This document shows, one piece after another, positions 39,901 through 54,900 of a stretch of 64,000 bases of DNA (the stretch's first letter is position 1; each line of letters starts with the position of its first letter). Origin of the DNA: Eledone cirrhosa. Its lineage: Eukaryota. The position numbers were made by a program, and so were the translations under genes. The stretch spans positions 281,666,001 to 281,730,000 of the forward strand of contig OZ024741.1 in the NCBI GenBank assembly GCA_964016885.1, read 5' to 3'. The notes below the pieces were generated by a model. That model worked only from the letters and a program-made list of their open reading frames with translations, ran no database searches and was not told the origin of the DNA.

Positions 39901-42900
39901 GTGTTGTTTACTTCAACATCAGCATTGATCAGAGCACTAGTGTTGTTTACTTCAACACTGTTCAGAGTACTAGCGTTGTTTACTTCAACATCAGCACTGA
40001 TCAGAGTACTAGTGTTGTTTACTTCAACATCAGCACTGATCAGAGCACTAGTGTTGTTTACTTCAACATCAGCATTGATCAGAGCACTAGTGTTGTTTAC
40101 TTCAACACTGTTCAGAGTACTAGCGTTGTTTACTTCATCATCAGCACTGATCAGAGCACTAGTGTTGTTTAATTCAACACTGTTCAGAGTACTAGCGTTG
40201 TTTACTTCATCATCAGCACTGATCAGAGCACTAGTGTTGTTTACTTCAACACTGTTCAGAGTACTAGCGTTGTTTACTTCATCATCAGCACTGATCAGAG
40301 TACTAGCGTTGTTTACTTCATCATCAGCACTGATCAGAGCACTAGTGTTGTTTACTTCAACACTGTTCAGAGTACTAGTGTTGTTTACTTCAACATCAGC
40401 ACTGATCAGAGTACTAGTGTTGTTTACTTCAACATCAGCACTGATCAGAGTACTAGTGTTGTTTACTTCAACATCAGCACTGATCAGAGTACTAGTGTTG
40501 TTTACTTCAACATCAGCACTGATCAGAGCACTAGTGTTGTTTACTTCAACACTGTTCAGAGTACTAGCGTTGTTTACTTCATCATCAGCACTGATCAGAG
40601 TACTAGTGTTGTTTACTTCAACATCAGCACTGATCAGAGCACTAGTGTTGTTTACTTCAACATCAGCACTGATCAGAGTACTAGTGTTGTTTACTTCAAC
40701 ACTGATCAGAGTACTAGCGTTGTTTACTTCATCATCAGCACTGATCAGAGTACTAGTGTTGTTTACTTCAACATCAGCACTGATCAGAGTACTAGTGTTG
40801 TTTACTTCAACACTGATCAGAGTACTAGCGTTGTTTACTTCATCATCAGCACTGATCAGAGTACTAGCGTTGTTTACTTCATCATCAGCACTGATCAGAG
40901 CACTAGTGTTGTTTACTTCAACACTGTTCAGAGTACTAGCGTTGTTTACTTCATCATCAACACTGATCAGAGCACTAGTGTTGTTTACTTCATCATCAGC
41001 ACTGATCAGAGCACTAGTGTTGTTTACTTCAACACTGTTCAGAGTACTAGTGTTGTTTACTTCAACATCAGCACTGATCAGAGTACTAGTGTTGTTTACT
41101 TCAACATCAGCACTGATCAGAGTACTAGTGTTGTTTACTTCAACATCAGCACTGATCAGAGTACTAGTGTTGTTTACTTCAACATCAGCACTGATCAGAG
41201 TACTAGTGTTGTTTACTTCAACATCAGCACTGATCAGAGTACTAGTGTTGTTTACTTCAACATCAGCACTGATCAGAGTACTAGTGTTGTTTACTTCAAC
41301 ACTGATCAGAGCACTAGTGTTGTTTACTTCAACACTGATCAGAGCACTAGTGTTGTTTACTTCAACACTGATCAGAGCACTAGTGTTGTTTACTTCAACA
41401 CTGTTCAGAGTACTAGTGTTGTTTACTTCAACACTGTTCAGAGTACTAGTGTTGTTTACTTCAACACTGTTCAGAGTACTAGTGTTGTTTACTTCATCAT
41501 CAGCACTGATCAGAGCACTAGTGTTGTTTACTTCAACATCAGCACTGATCAGAGCACTAGTGTTGTTTACTTCAACATCAGCACTGATCAAAGCACTAGC
41601 GTTGTTTACTTCATCATCAGCACTGATCAGAGCACTAGTGTTGTTTACTTCAACACTGTTCAGAGCACTAGTGTTGTTTACTTCAACACTGTTCAGAGCA
41701 CTAGTGTTGTTTACTTCAACATCAGCACTGATCAGAGTACTAGTGTTGTTTACTTCAACATCAGCACTGATCAGAGCACTAGTGTTGTTTACTTCATCAT
41801 CAGCACTGATCAGAGCACTAGTGTTGTTTACTTCATCATCAGCACTGATCAGAGCACTAGTGTTGTTTACTTCAACATCAGCACTGATCAGAGCACTAGT
41901 GTTGTTTACTTCAACATCAGCACTGATCAGAGTACTAGTGTTGTTTACTTCATCATCAGCACTGATCAGAGCACTAGTGTTGTTTACTTCAACATCAGCA
42001 CTGATCAAAGCACTAGCGTTGTTTACTTCAACATCAGCACTGATCAGAGTACTAGTGTTGTTTACTTCAACATCAGCACTGATCAGAGTACTAGTGTTGT
42101 TTACTTCAACATCAGCACTGATCAGAGCACTAGTGTTGTTTACTTCAACATCAGCACTGATCAGAGCACTAGTGTTGTTTACTTCATCATCAGCATTGAT
42201 CAGACCACTAGTGTTGTTTACTTCAACACTGTTCAGAGTACTAGTGTTGTTTACTTCAACACTGATCAGAGTACTAGTGTTGTTTACTTCAACATCAGCA
42301 CTGATCAGAGTACTAGTGTTGTTTACTTCAACACTGATCAGAGTACTAGTGTTGTTTACTTCAACATCAGCACTGATCAGAGCACTAGTGTTGTTTACTT
42401 CAACATCAGCACTGATCAGAGTACTAGTGTTGTTTACTTCAACACTGATCAGAGTACTAGTGTTGTTTACTTCAACATCAGCACTGATCAGAGTACTAGT
42501 GTTGTTTACTTCAACATCAGCACTGATCAGAGTACTAGTGTTGTTTACTTCAACATCAGCACTGATCAGAGTACTAGTGTTGTTTACTTCAACACTGATC
42601 AGAGTACTAGTGTTGTTTACTTCAACATCAGCACTGATCAGAGTACTAGTGTTGTTTACTTCAACATCAGCACTGATCAGAGCACTAGTGTTGTTTACTT
42701 CAACATCAGCACTGATCAGAGTACTAGTGTTGTTTACTTCAACACTGATCAGAGTACTAGTGTTGTTTACTTCAACATCAGCACTGATCAGAGTACTAGT
42801 GTTGTTTACTTCAACATCAGCACTGATCAGAGTACTAGTGTTGTTTACTTCAACATCAGCACTGATCAGAGTACTAGTGTTGTTTACTTCAACATCAGCA

Positions 42901-45900
42901 CTGATCAGAGCACTAGTGTTGTTTACTTCAACATCAGCACTGATCAGAGTACTAGTGTTGTTTACTTCAACACTGATCAGAGTACTAGTGTTGTTTACTT
43001 CAACATCAGCACTGATCAGAGTACTAGTGTTGTTTACTTCAACATCAGCACTGATCAGAGTACTAGTGTTGTTTACTTCAACATCAGCACTGATCAGAGT
43101 ACTAGTGTTGTTTACTTCAACACTGATCAGAGTACTAGTGTTGTTTACTTCAACATCAGCACTGATCAGAGCACTAGTGTTGTTTACTTCATCATCAGCA
43201 CTGATCAGAGTACTAGTGTTGTTTACTTCAACATCAGCACTGATCAGAGTACTAGTGTTGTTTACTTCAACACTGATCAGAGTACTAGTGTTGTTTACTT
43301 CAACATCAGCACTGATCAGAGTACTAGTGTTGTTTACTTCAACATCAGCACTGATCAGAGTACTAGTGTTGTTTACTTCAACACTGATCAGAGTACTAGT
43401 GTTGTTTACTTCAACATCAGCACTGATCAGAGCACTAGTGTTGTTTACTTCATCATCAGCACTGATCAGAGTACTAGTGTTGTTTACTTCAACATCAGCA
43501 CTGATCAGAGTACTAGTGTTGTTTACTTCAACATCAGCACTGATCAGAGCACTAGTGTTGTTTACTTCATCATCAGCACTGATCAGAGTACTAGTGTTGT
43601 TTACTTCATCATCAGCACTGATCAGAGTACTAGTGTTGTTTACTTCAACATCAGCACTGATCAGAGTACTAGTGTTGTTTACTTCAACACTGATCAGAGT
43701 ACTAGTGTTGTTTACTTCATCATCAGCACTGATCAGAGTACTAGTGTTGTTTACTTCAACATCAGCACTGATCAGAGCACTAGTGTTGTTTACTTCAACA
43801 TCAGCACTGATCAGAGTACTAGTGTTGTTTACTTCAACATCAGCACTGATCAGAGTACTAGTGTTGTTTACTTCATCATCAGCACTGATCAGAGTACTAG
43901 TGTTGTTTACTTCAACATCAGCACTGATCAGAGCACTAGTGTTGTTTACTTCAACATCAGCACTGATCAGAGTACTAGTGTTGTTTACTTCAACATCAGC
44001 ACTGATCAGAGCACTAGTGTTGTTTACTTCATCATCAGCACTGATCAGAGTACTAGTGTTGTTTACTTCAACATCAGCACTGATCAGAGTACTAGTGTTG
44101 TTTACTTCATCATCAGCACTGATCAGAGTACTAGTGTTGTTTACTTCAACACTGTTCAGAGCACTAGTGTTGTTTACTTCAACACTGTTCAGAGCACTAG
44201 TGTTGTTTACTTCAACACTGTTCAGAGCACTAGTGTTGTTTACTTCAACACTGTTCAGAGCACTAGTGTTGTTTACTTCAACACTGTTCAGAGCACTAGT
44301 GTTGTTTACTTCAACACTGTTCAGAGCACTAGTGTTGTTTACTTCAACACTGATCAGAGCACTAGTGTTGTTTACTTCAACACTGTTCAGAGCACTAGTG
44401 TTGTTTACTTCAACACTGTTCAGAGCACTAGTGTTGTTTACTTCAACACTGATCAGAGTACTAGTGTTGTTTACTTCATCATCAGCACTGATCAGAGCAC
44501 TAGTGTTGTTTACTTCAACATCAGCACTGATCAGAGCACTAGTGTTGTTTACTTCAACATCAGCACTGATCAGAGCACTAGTGTTGTTTACTTCAACATC
44601 AGCACTGATCAGAGCACTAGTGTTGTTTACTTCAACATCAGCACTGATCAGAGCACTAGTGTTGTTTACTTCATCATCAGCACTGATCAGAGTACTAGCG
44701 TTGTTTACTTCAACATCAGCACTGATCAGAGTACTAGTGTTGTTTACTTCATCATCAGCACTGATCAGAGCACTAGTGTTGTTTACTTCAACATCAGCAC
44801 TGATCAGAGTACTAGTGTTGTTTACTTCAACACTGATCAGAGCACTAGTGTTGTTTACTTCAACATCAGCACTGATCAGAGTACTAGTGTTGTTTACTTC
44901 ATCATCAGCACTGATCAGAGTACTAGCGTTGTTTACTTCAACATCAGCACTGATCAGAGCACTAGTGTTGTTTACTTCAACACTGATCAGAGTACTAGTG
45001 TTGTTTACTTCAACATCAGCACTGATCAGAGCACTAGTGTTGTTTACTTCATCATCAGCACTGATCAGAGTACTAGTGTTGTTTACTTCAACATCAGCAC
45101 TGATCAGAGCACTAGTGTTGTTTACTTCAACACTGATCAGAGCACTAGTTTTGTTTACTTCATCATCAGCATTGATCAGAGCACTAGTGTTGTTTACTTC
45201 AACACTGTTCAGAGTACTAGCGTTGTTTACTTCAACATCAGCACTGATCAGAGTACTAGTGTTGTTTACTTCAACATCAGCATTGATCAGAGCACTAGTG
45301 TTGTTTACTTCAACACTGTTCAGAGTACTAGCGTTGTTTACTTCAACATCAGCACTGATCAGAGTACTAGTGTTGTTTACTTCAACATCAGCACTGATCA
45401 GAGCACTAGTGTTGTTTACTTCAACATCAGCATTGATCAGAGCACTAGTGTTGTTTACTTCAACACTGTTCAGAGTACTAGCGTTGTTTACTTCATCATC
45501 AGCACTGATCAGAGCACTAGTGTTGTTTACTTCAACACTGTTCAGAGTACTAGCGTTGTTTACTTCATCATCAGCACTGATCAGAGCACTAGTGTTGTTT
45601 ACTTCAACACTGTTCAGAGTACTAGCGTTGTTTACTTCATCATCAGCACTGATCAGAGTACTAGCGTTGTTTACTTCATCATCAGCACTGATCAGAGCAC
45701 TAGTGTTGTTTACTTCAACACTGTTCAGAGTACTAGTGTTGTTTACTTCAACATCAGCACTGATCAGAGTACTAGTGTTGTTTACTTCAACATCAGCACT
45801 GATCAGAGTACTAGTGTTGTTTACTTCAACATCAGCACTGATCAGAGTACTAGTGTTGTTTACTTCAACATCAGCACTGATCAGAGCACTAGTGTTGTTT

Positions 45901-48900
45901 ACTTCAACACTGTTCAGAGTACTAGCGTTGTTTACTTCATCATCAGCACTGATCAGAGTACTAGTGTTGTTTACTTCAACATCAGCACTGATCAGAGCAC
46001 TAGTGTTGTTTACTTCAACATCAGCACTGATCAGAGTACTAGTGTTGTTTACTTCAACACTGATCAGAGTACTAGCGTTGTTTACTTCATCATCAGCACT
46101 AATCAGAGTACTAGTGTTGTTTACTTCAACATCAGCACTGATCAGAGTACTAGTGTTGTTTACTTCAACACTGATCAGAGTACTAGCGTTGTTTACTTCA
46201 TCATCAGCACTGATCAGAGTACTAGCGTTGTTTACTTCATCATCAGCACTGATCAGAGCACTAGTGTTGTTTACTTCAACACTGTTCAGAGTACTAGCGT
46301 TGTTTACTTCATCATCAACACTGATCAGAGCACTAGTGTTGTTTACTTCATCATCAGCACTGATCAGAGCACTAGTGTTGTTTACTTCAACACTGTTCAG
46401 AGTACTAGTGTTGTTTACTTCAGCACTGATCAGAGTACTAGTGTTGTTTACTTCAACATCAGCACTGATCAGAGTACTAGTGTTGTTTACTTCAACATCA
46501 GCACTGATCAGAGTACTAGTGTTGTTTACTTCAACATCAGCACTGATCAGAGTACTAGTGTTGTTTACTTCAACATCAGCACTGATCAGAGTACTAGTGT
46601 TGTTTACTTCAACATCAGCACTGATCAGAGTACTAGTGTTGTTTACTTCAACATCAGCACTGATCAGAGTACTAGTGTTGTTTACTTCAACACTGATCAG
46701 AGCACTAGTGTTGTTTACTTCAACACTGATCAGAGCACTAGTGTTGTTTACTTCAACACTGATCAGAGCACTAGTGTTGTTTACTTCAACACTGTTCAGA
46801 GTACTAGTGTTGTTTACTTCAACACTGTTCAGAGTACTAGTGTTGTTTACTTCAACACTGTTCAGAGTACTAGTGTTGTTTACTTCATCATCAGCACTGA
46901 TCAGAGCACTAGTGTTGTTTACTTCAACATCAGCACTGATCAGAGCACTAGTGTTGTTTACTTCAACATCAGCACTGATCAAAGCACTAGCGTTGTTTAC
47001 TTCATCATCAGCACTGATCAGAGCACTAGTGTTGTTTACTTCAACACTGTTCAGAGCACTAGTGTTGTTTACTTCAACACTGTTCAGAGCACTAGTGTTG
47101 TTTACTTCAACATCAGCACTGATCAGAGTACTAGTGTTGTTTACTTCAACATCAGCACTGATCAGAGCACTAGTGTTGTTTACTTCATCATCAGCACTGA
47201 TCAGAGCACTAGTGTTGTTTACTTCATCATCAGCACTGATCAGAGCACTAGTGTTGTTTACTTCAACATCAGCACTGATCAGAGCACTAGTGTTGTTTAC
47301 TTCAACATCAGCACTGATCAGAGTACTAGTGTTGTTTACTTCATCATCAGCACTGATCAGAGCACTAGTGTTGTTTACTTCAACATCAGCACTGATCAAA
47401 GCACTAGCGTTGTTTACTTCAACATCAGCACTGATCAGAGTACTAGTGTTGTTTACTTCAACATCAGCACTGATCAGAGTACTAGTGTTGTTTACTTCAA
47501 CATCAGCACTGATCAGAGCACTAGTGTTGTTTACTTCAACATCAGCACTGATCAGAGCACTAGTGTTGTTTACTTCATCATCAGCATTGATCAGACCACT
47601 AGTGTTGTTTACTTCAACACTGTTCAGAGTACTAGTGTTGTTTACTTCAACACTGATCAGAGTACTAATGTTGTTTACTTCAACATCAGCACTGATCAGA
47701 GTACTAGTGTTGTTTACTTCAACACTGATCAGAGTACTAGTGTTGTTTACTTCAACATCAGCACTGATCAGAGCACTAGTGTTGTTTACTTCAACATCAG
47801 CACTGATCAGAGTACTAGTGTTGTTTACTTCAACACTGATCAGAGTACTAGTGTTGTTTACTTCAACATCAGCACTGATCAGAGTACTAGTGTTGTTTAC
47901 TTCAACATCAGCACTGATCAGAGTACTAGTGTTGTTTACTTCAACATCAGCACTGATCAGAGTACTAGTGTTGTTTACTTCAACACTGATCAGAGTACTA
48001 GTGTTGTTTACTTCAACATCAGCACTGATCAGAGTACTAGTGTTGTTTACTTCAACATCAGCACTGATCAGAGCACTAGTGTTGTTTACTTCAACATCAG
48101 CACTGATCAGAGTACTAGTGTTGTTTACTTCAACACTGATCAGAGTACTAGTGTTGTTTACTTCAACATCAGCACTGATCAGAGTACTAGTGTTGTTTAC
48201 TTCAACATCAGCACTGATCAGAGTACTAGTGTTGTTTACTTCAACATCAGCACTGATCAGAGTACTAGTGTTGTTTACTTCAACATCAGCACTGATCAGA
48301 GCACTAGTGTTGTTTACTTCAACATCAGCACTGCTCAGAGTACTAGTGTTGTTTACTTCAACACTGATCAGAGTACTAGTGTTGTTTACTTCAACATCAG
48401 CACTGATCAGAGTACTAGTGTTGTTTACTTCAACATCAGCACTGATCAGAGTACTAGTGTTGTTTACTTCAACATCAGCACTGATCAGAGTACTAGTGTT
48501 GTTTACTTCAACACTGATCAGAGTACTAGTGTTGTTTACTTCAACATCAGCACTGATCAGAGCACTAGTGTTGTTTACTTCATCATCAGCACTGATCAGA
48601 GTACTAGTGTTGTTTACTTCAACATCAGCACTGATCAGAGTACTAGTGTTGTTTACTTCAACACTGATCAGAGTACTAGTGTTGTTTACTTCAACATCAG
48701 CACTGATCAGAGTACTAGTGTTGTTTACTTCAACATCAGCACTGATCAGAGTACTAGTGTTGTTTACTTCAACACTGATCAGAGTACTAGTGTTGTTTAC
48801 TTCAACATCAGCACTGATCAGAGCACTAGTGTTGTTTACTTCATCATCAGCACTGATCAGAGTACTAGTGTTGTTTACTTCAACATCAGCACTGATCAGA

Positions 48901-51900
48901 GTACTAGTGTTGTTTACTTCAACATCAGCACTGATCAGAGCACTAGTGTTGTTTACTTCATCATCAGCACTGATCAGAGTACTAGTGTTGTTTACTTCAT
49001 CATCAGCACTGATCAGAGTACTAGTGTTGTTTACTTCAACATCAGCACTGATCAGAGTACTAGTGTTGTTTACTTCAACACTGATCAGAGTACTAGTGTT
49101 GTTTACTTCATCATCAGCACTGATCAGAGTACTAGTGTTGTTTACTTCAACATCAGCACTGATCAGAGCACTAGTGTTGTTTACTTCAACATCAGCACTG
49201 ATCAGAGTACTAGTGTTGTTTACTTCATCATCAGCACTGATCAGAGTACTAGTGTTGTTTACTTCAACATCAGCACTGATCAGAGCACTAGTGTTGTTTA
49301 CTTCAACATCAGCACTGATCAGAGTACTAGTGTTGTTTACTTCAACATCAGCACTGATCAGAGCACTAGTGTTGTTTACTTCATCATCAGCACTGATCAG
49401 AGTACTAGTGTTGTTTACTTCAACATCAGCACTGATCAGAGTACTAGTGTTGTTTACTTCATCATCAGCACTGATCAGAGTACTAGTGTTGTTTACTTCA
49501 ACACTGTTCAGAGCACTAGTGTTGTTTACTTCAACACTGTTCAGAGCACTAGTGTTGTTTACTTCAACACTGATCAGAGCACTAGTGTTGTTTACTTCAA
49601 CATCAGCACTGATCAGAGCACTAGTGTTGTTTACTTCAACATCAGCACTGATCAGAGCACTAGTGTTGTTTACTTCATCATCAGCACTGATCAGAGTACT
49701 AGCGTTGTTTACTTCAACATCAGCACTGATCAGAGTACTAGTGTTGTTTACTTCATCATCAGCACTGATCAGAGCACTAGTGTTGTTTACTTCAACATCA
49801 GCACTGATCAGAGTACTAGTGTTGTTTACTTCAACACTGATCAGAGCACTAGTGTTGTTTACTTCAACATCAGCACTGATCAGAGTACTAGTGTTGTTTA
49901 CTTCATCATCAGCACTGATCAGAGTACTAGCGTTGTTTACTTCAACATCAGCACTGATCAGAGCACTAGTGTTGTTTACTTCAACACTGATCAGAGTACT
50001 AGTGTTGTTTACTTCAACATCAGCACTGATCAGAGCACTAGTGTTGTTTACTTCATCATCAGCACTGATCAGAGTACTAGTGTTGTTTACTTCAACATCA
50101 GCACTGATCAGAGCACTAGTGTTGTTTACTTCAACACTGATCAGAGCACTAGTGTTGTTTACTTCATCATCAGCATTGATCAGAGCACTAGTGTTGTTTA
50201 CTTCAACACTGTTCAGAGTACTAGCGTTGTTTACTTCAACATCAGCACTGATCAGAGTACTAGTGTTGTTTACTTCAACATCAGCATTGATCAGAGCACT
50301 AGTGTTGTTTACTTCAACACTGTTCAGAGTACTAGCGTTGTTTACTTCAACATCAGCACTGATCAGAGTACTAGTGTTGTTTACTTCAACATCAGCACTG
50401 ATCAGAGCACTAGTGTTGTTTACTTCAACATCAGCATTGATCAGAGCACTAGTGTTGTTTACTTCAACACTGTTCAGAGTACTAGCGTTGTTTACTTCAT
50501 CATCAGCACTGATCAGAGCACTAGTGTTGTTTACTTCAACACTGTTCAGAGTACTAGCGTTGTTTACTTCATCATCAGCACTGATCAGAGCACTAGTGTT
50601 GTTTACTTCAACACTGTTCAGAGTACTAGCGTTGTTTACTTCATCATCAGCACTGATCAGAGTACTAGCGTTGTTTACTTCATCATCAGCACTGATCAGA
50701 GCACTAGTGTTGTTTACTTCAACACTGTTCAGAGTACTAGTGTTGTTTACTTCAACATCAGCACTGATCAGAGTACTAGTGTTGTTTACTTCAACATCAG
50801 CACTGATCAGAGTACTAGTGTTGTTTACTTCAACATCAGCACTGATCAGAGTACTAGTGTTGTTTACTTCAACATCAGCACTGATCAGAGCACTAGTGTT
50901 GTTTACTTCAACACTGTTCAGAGTACTAGCGTTGTTTACTTCATCATCAGCACTGATCAGAGTACTAGTGTTGTTTACTTCAACATCAGCACTGATCAGA
51001 GCACTAGTGTTGTTTACTTCAACATCAGCACTGATCAGAGTACTAGTGTTGTTTACTTCAACACTGATCAGAGTACTAGCGTTGTTTACTTCATCATCAG
51101 CACTAATCAGAGTACTAGTGTTGTTTACTTCAACATCAGCACTGATCAGAGTACTAGTGTTGTTTACTTCAACACTGATCAGAGTACTAGCGTTGTTTAC
51201 TTCATCATCAGCACTGATCAGAGTACTAGCGTTGTTTACTTCATCATCAGCACTGATCAGAGCACTAGTGTTGTTTACTTCAACACTGTTCAGAGTACTA
51301 GCGTTGTTTACTTCATCATCAACACTGATCAGAGCACTAGTGTTGTTTACTTCATCATCAGCACTGATCAGAGCACTAGTGTTGTTTACTTCAACACTGT
51401 TCAGAGTACTAGTGTTGTTTACTTCAGCACTGATCAGAGTACTAGTGTTGTTTACTTCAACATCAGCACTGATCAGAGTACTAGTGTTGTTTACTTCAAC
51501 ATCAGCACTGATCAGAGTACTAGTGTTGTTTACTTCAACATCAGCACTGATCAGAGTACTAGTGTTGTTTACTTCAACATCAGCACTGATCAGAGTACTA
51601 GTGTTGTTTACTTCAACATCAGCACTGATCAGAGTACTAGTGTTGTTTACTTCAACATCAGCACTGATCAGAGTACTAGTGTTGTTTACTTCAACACTGA
51701 TCAGAGCACTAGTGTTGTTTACTTCAACACTGATCAGAGCACTAGTGTTGTTTACTTCAACACTGATCAGAGCACTAGTGTTGTTTACTTCAACACTGTT
51801 CAGAGTACTAGTGTTGTTTACTTCAACACTGTTCAGAGTACTAGTGTTGTTTACTTCAACACTGTTCAGAGTACTAGTGTTGTTTACTTCATCATCAGCA

Positions 51901-54900
51901 CTGATCAGAGCACTAGTGTTGTTTACTTCAACATCAGCACTGATCAGAGCACTAGTGTTGTTTACTTCAACATCAGCACTGATCAAAGCACTAGCGTTGT
52001 TTACTTCATCATCAGCACTGATCAGAGCACTAGTGTTGTTTACTTCAACACTGTTCAGAGCACTAGTGTTGTTTACTTCAACACTGTTCAGAGCACTAGT
52101 GTTGTTTACTTCAACATCAGCACTGATCAGAGTACTAGTGTTGTTTACTTCAACATCAGCACTGATCAGAGCACTAGTGTTGTTTACTTCATCATCAGCA
52201 CTGATCAGAGCACTAGTGTTGTTTACTTCATCATCAGCACTGATCAGAGCACTAGTGTTGTTTACTTCAACATCAGCACTGATCAGAGCACTAGTGTTGT
52301 TTACTTCAACATCAGCACTGATCAGAGTACTAGTGTTGTTTACTTCATCATCAGCACTGATCAGAGCACTAGTGTTGTTTACTTCAACATCAGCACTGAT
52401 CAAAGCACTAGCGTTGTTTACTTCAACATCAGCACTGATCAGAGTACTAGTGTTGTTTACTTCAACATCAGCACTGATCAGAGTACTAGTGTTGTTTACT
52501 TCAACATCAGCACTGATCAGAGCACTAGTGTTGTTTACTTCAACATCAGCACTGATCAGAGCACTAGTGTTGTTTACTTCATCATCAGCATTGATCAGAC
52601 CACTAGTGTTGTTTACTTCAACACTGTTCAGAGTACTAGTGTTGTTTACTTCAACACTGATCAGAGTACTAATGTTGTTTACTTCAACATCAGCACTGAT
52701 CAGAGTACTAGTGTTGTTTACTTCAACACTGATCAGAGTACTAGTGTTGTTTACTTCAACATCAGCACTGATCAGAGCACTAGTGTTGTTTACTTCAACA
52801 TCAGCACTGATCAGAGTACTAGTGTTGTTTACTTCAACATCAGCACTGATCAGAGTACTAGTGTTGTTTACTTCAACATCAGCACTGATCAGAGTACTAG
52901 TGTTGTTTACTTCAACACTGATCAGAGTACTAGTGTTGTTTACTTCAACATCAGCACTGATCAGAGTACTAGTGTTGTTTACTTCAACATCAGCACTGAT
53001 CAGAGCACTAGTGTTGTTTACTTCAACATCAGCACTGATCAGAGTACTAGTGTTGTTTACTTCAACACTGATCAGAGTACTAGTGTTGTTTACTTCAACA
53101 TCAGCACTGATCAGAGTACTAGTGTTGTTTACTTCAACACTGATCAGAGTACTAGTGTTGTTTACTTCAACATCAGCACTGATCAGAGCACTAGTGTTGT
53201 TTACTTCAACATCAGCACTGATCAGAGTACTAGTGTTGTTTACTTCAACACTGATCAGAGTACTAGTGTTGTTTACTTCAACATCAGCACTGATCAGAGT
53301 ACTAGTGTTGTTTACTTCAACATCAGCACTGATCAGAGTACTAGTGTTGTTTACTTCAACATCAGCACTGATCAGAGTACTAGTGTTGTTTACTTCAACA
53401 CTGATCAGAGTACTAGTGTTGTTTACTTCAACATCAGCACTGATCAGAGTACTAGTGTTGTTTACTTCAACATCAGCACTGATCAGAGCACTAGTGTTGT
53501 TTACTTCAACATCAGCACTGATCAGAGTACTAGTGTTGTTTACTTCAACACTGATCAGAGTACTAGTGTTGTTTACTTCAACATCAGCACTGATCAGAGT
53601 ACTAGTGTTGTTTACTTCAACATCAGCACTGATCAGAGTACTAGTGTTGTTTACTTCAACATCAGCACTGATCAGAGTACTAGTGTTGTTTACTTCAACA
53701 TCAGCACTGATCAGAGCACTAGTGTTGTTTACTTCAACATCAGCACTGATCAGAGTACTAGTGTTGTTTACTTCAACACTGATCAGAGTACTAGTGTTGT
53801 TTACTTCAACATCAGCACTGATCAGAGTACTAGTGTTGTTTACTTCAACATCAGCACTGATCAGAGTACTAGTGTTGTTTACTTCAACACTGATCAGAGT
53901 ACTAGTGTTGTTTACTTCAACATCAGCACTGATCAGAGCACTAGTGTTGTTTACTTCATCATCAGCACTGATCAGAGTACTAGTGTTGTTTACTTCAACA
54001 TCAGCACTGATCAGAGTACTAGTGTTGTTTACTTCAACACTGATCAGAGTACTAGTGTTGTTTACTTCAACATCAGCACTGATCAGAGTACTAGTGTTGT
54101 TTACTTCAACATCAGCACTGATCAGAGTACTAGTGTTGTTTACTTCAACACTGATCAGAGTACTAGTGTTGTTTACTTCAACATCAGCACTGATCAGAGC
54201 ACTAGTGTTGTTTACTTCATCATCAGCACTGATCAGAGTACTAGTGTTGTTTACTTCAACATCAGCACTGATCAGAGTACTAGTGTTGTTTACTTCAACA
54301 TCAGCACTGATCAGAGCACTAGTGTTGTTTACTTCATCATCAGCACTGATCAGAGTACTAGTGTTGTTTACTTCATCATCAGCACTGATCAGAGTACTAG
54401 TGTTGTTTACTTCAACATCAGCACTGATCAGAGTACTAGTGTTGTTTACTTCAACACTGATCAGAGTACTAGTGTTGTTTACTTCATCATCAGCACTGAT
54501 CAGAGTACTAGTGTTGTTTACTTCAACATCAGCACTGATCAGAGCACTAGTGTTGTTTACTTCAACATCAGCACTGATCAGAGTACTAGTGTTGTTTACT
54601 TCAACATCAGCACTGATCAGAGTACTAGTGTTGTTTACTTCATCATCAGCACTGATCAGAGTACTAGTGTTGTTTACTTCAACATCAGCACTGATCAGAG
54701 CACTAGTGTTGTTTACTTCAACATCAGCACTGATCAGAGTACTAGTGTTGTTTACTTCAACATCAGCACTGATCAGAGCACTAGTGTTGTTTACTTCATC
54801 ATCAGCACTGATCAGAGTACTAGTGTTGTTTACTTCAACATCAGCACTGATCAGAGTACTAGTGTTGTTTACTTCATCATCAGCACTGATCAGAGTACTA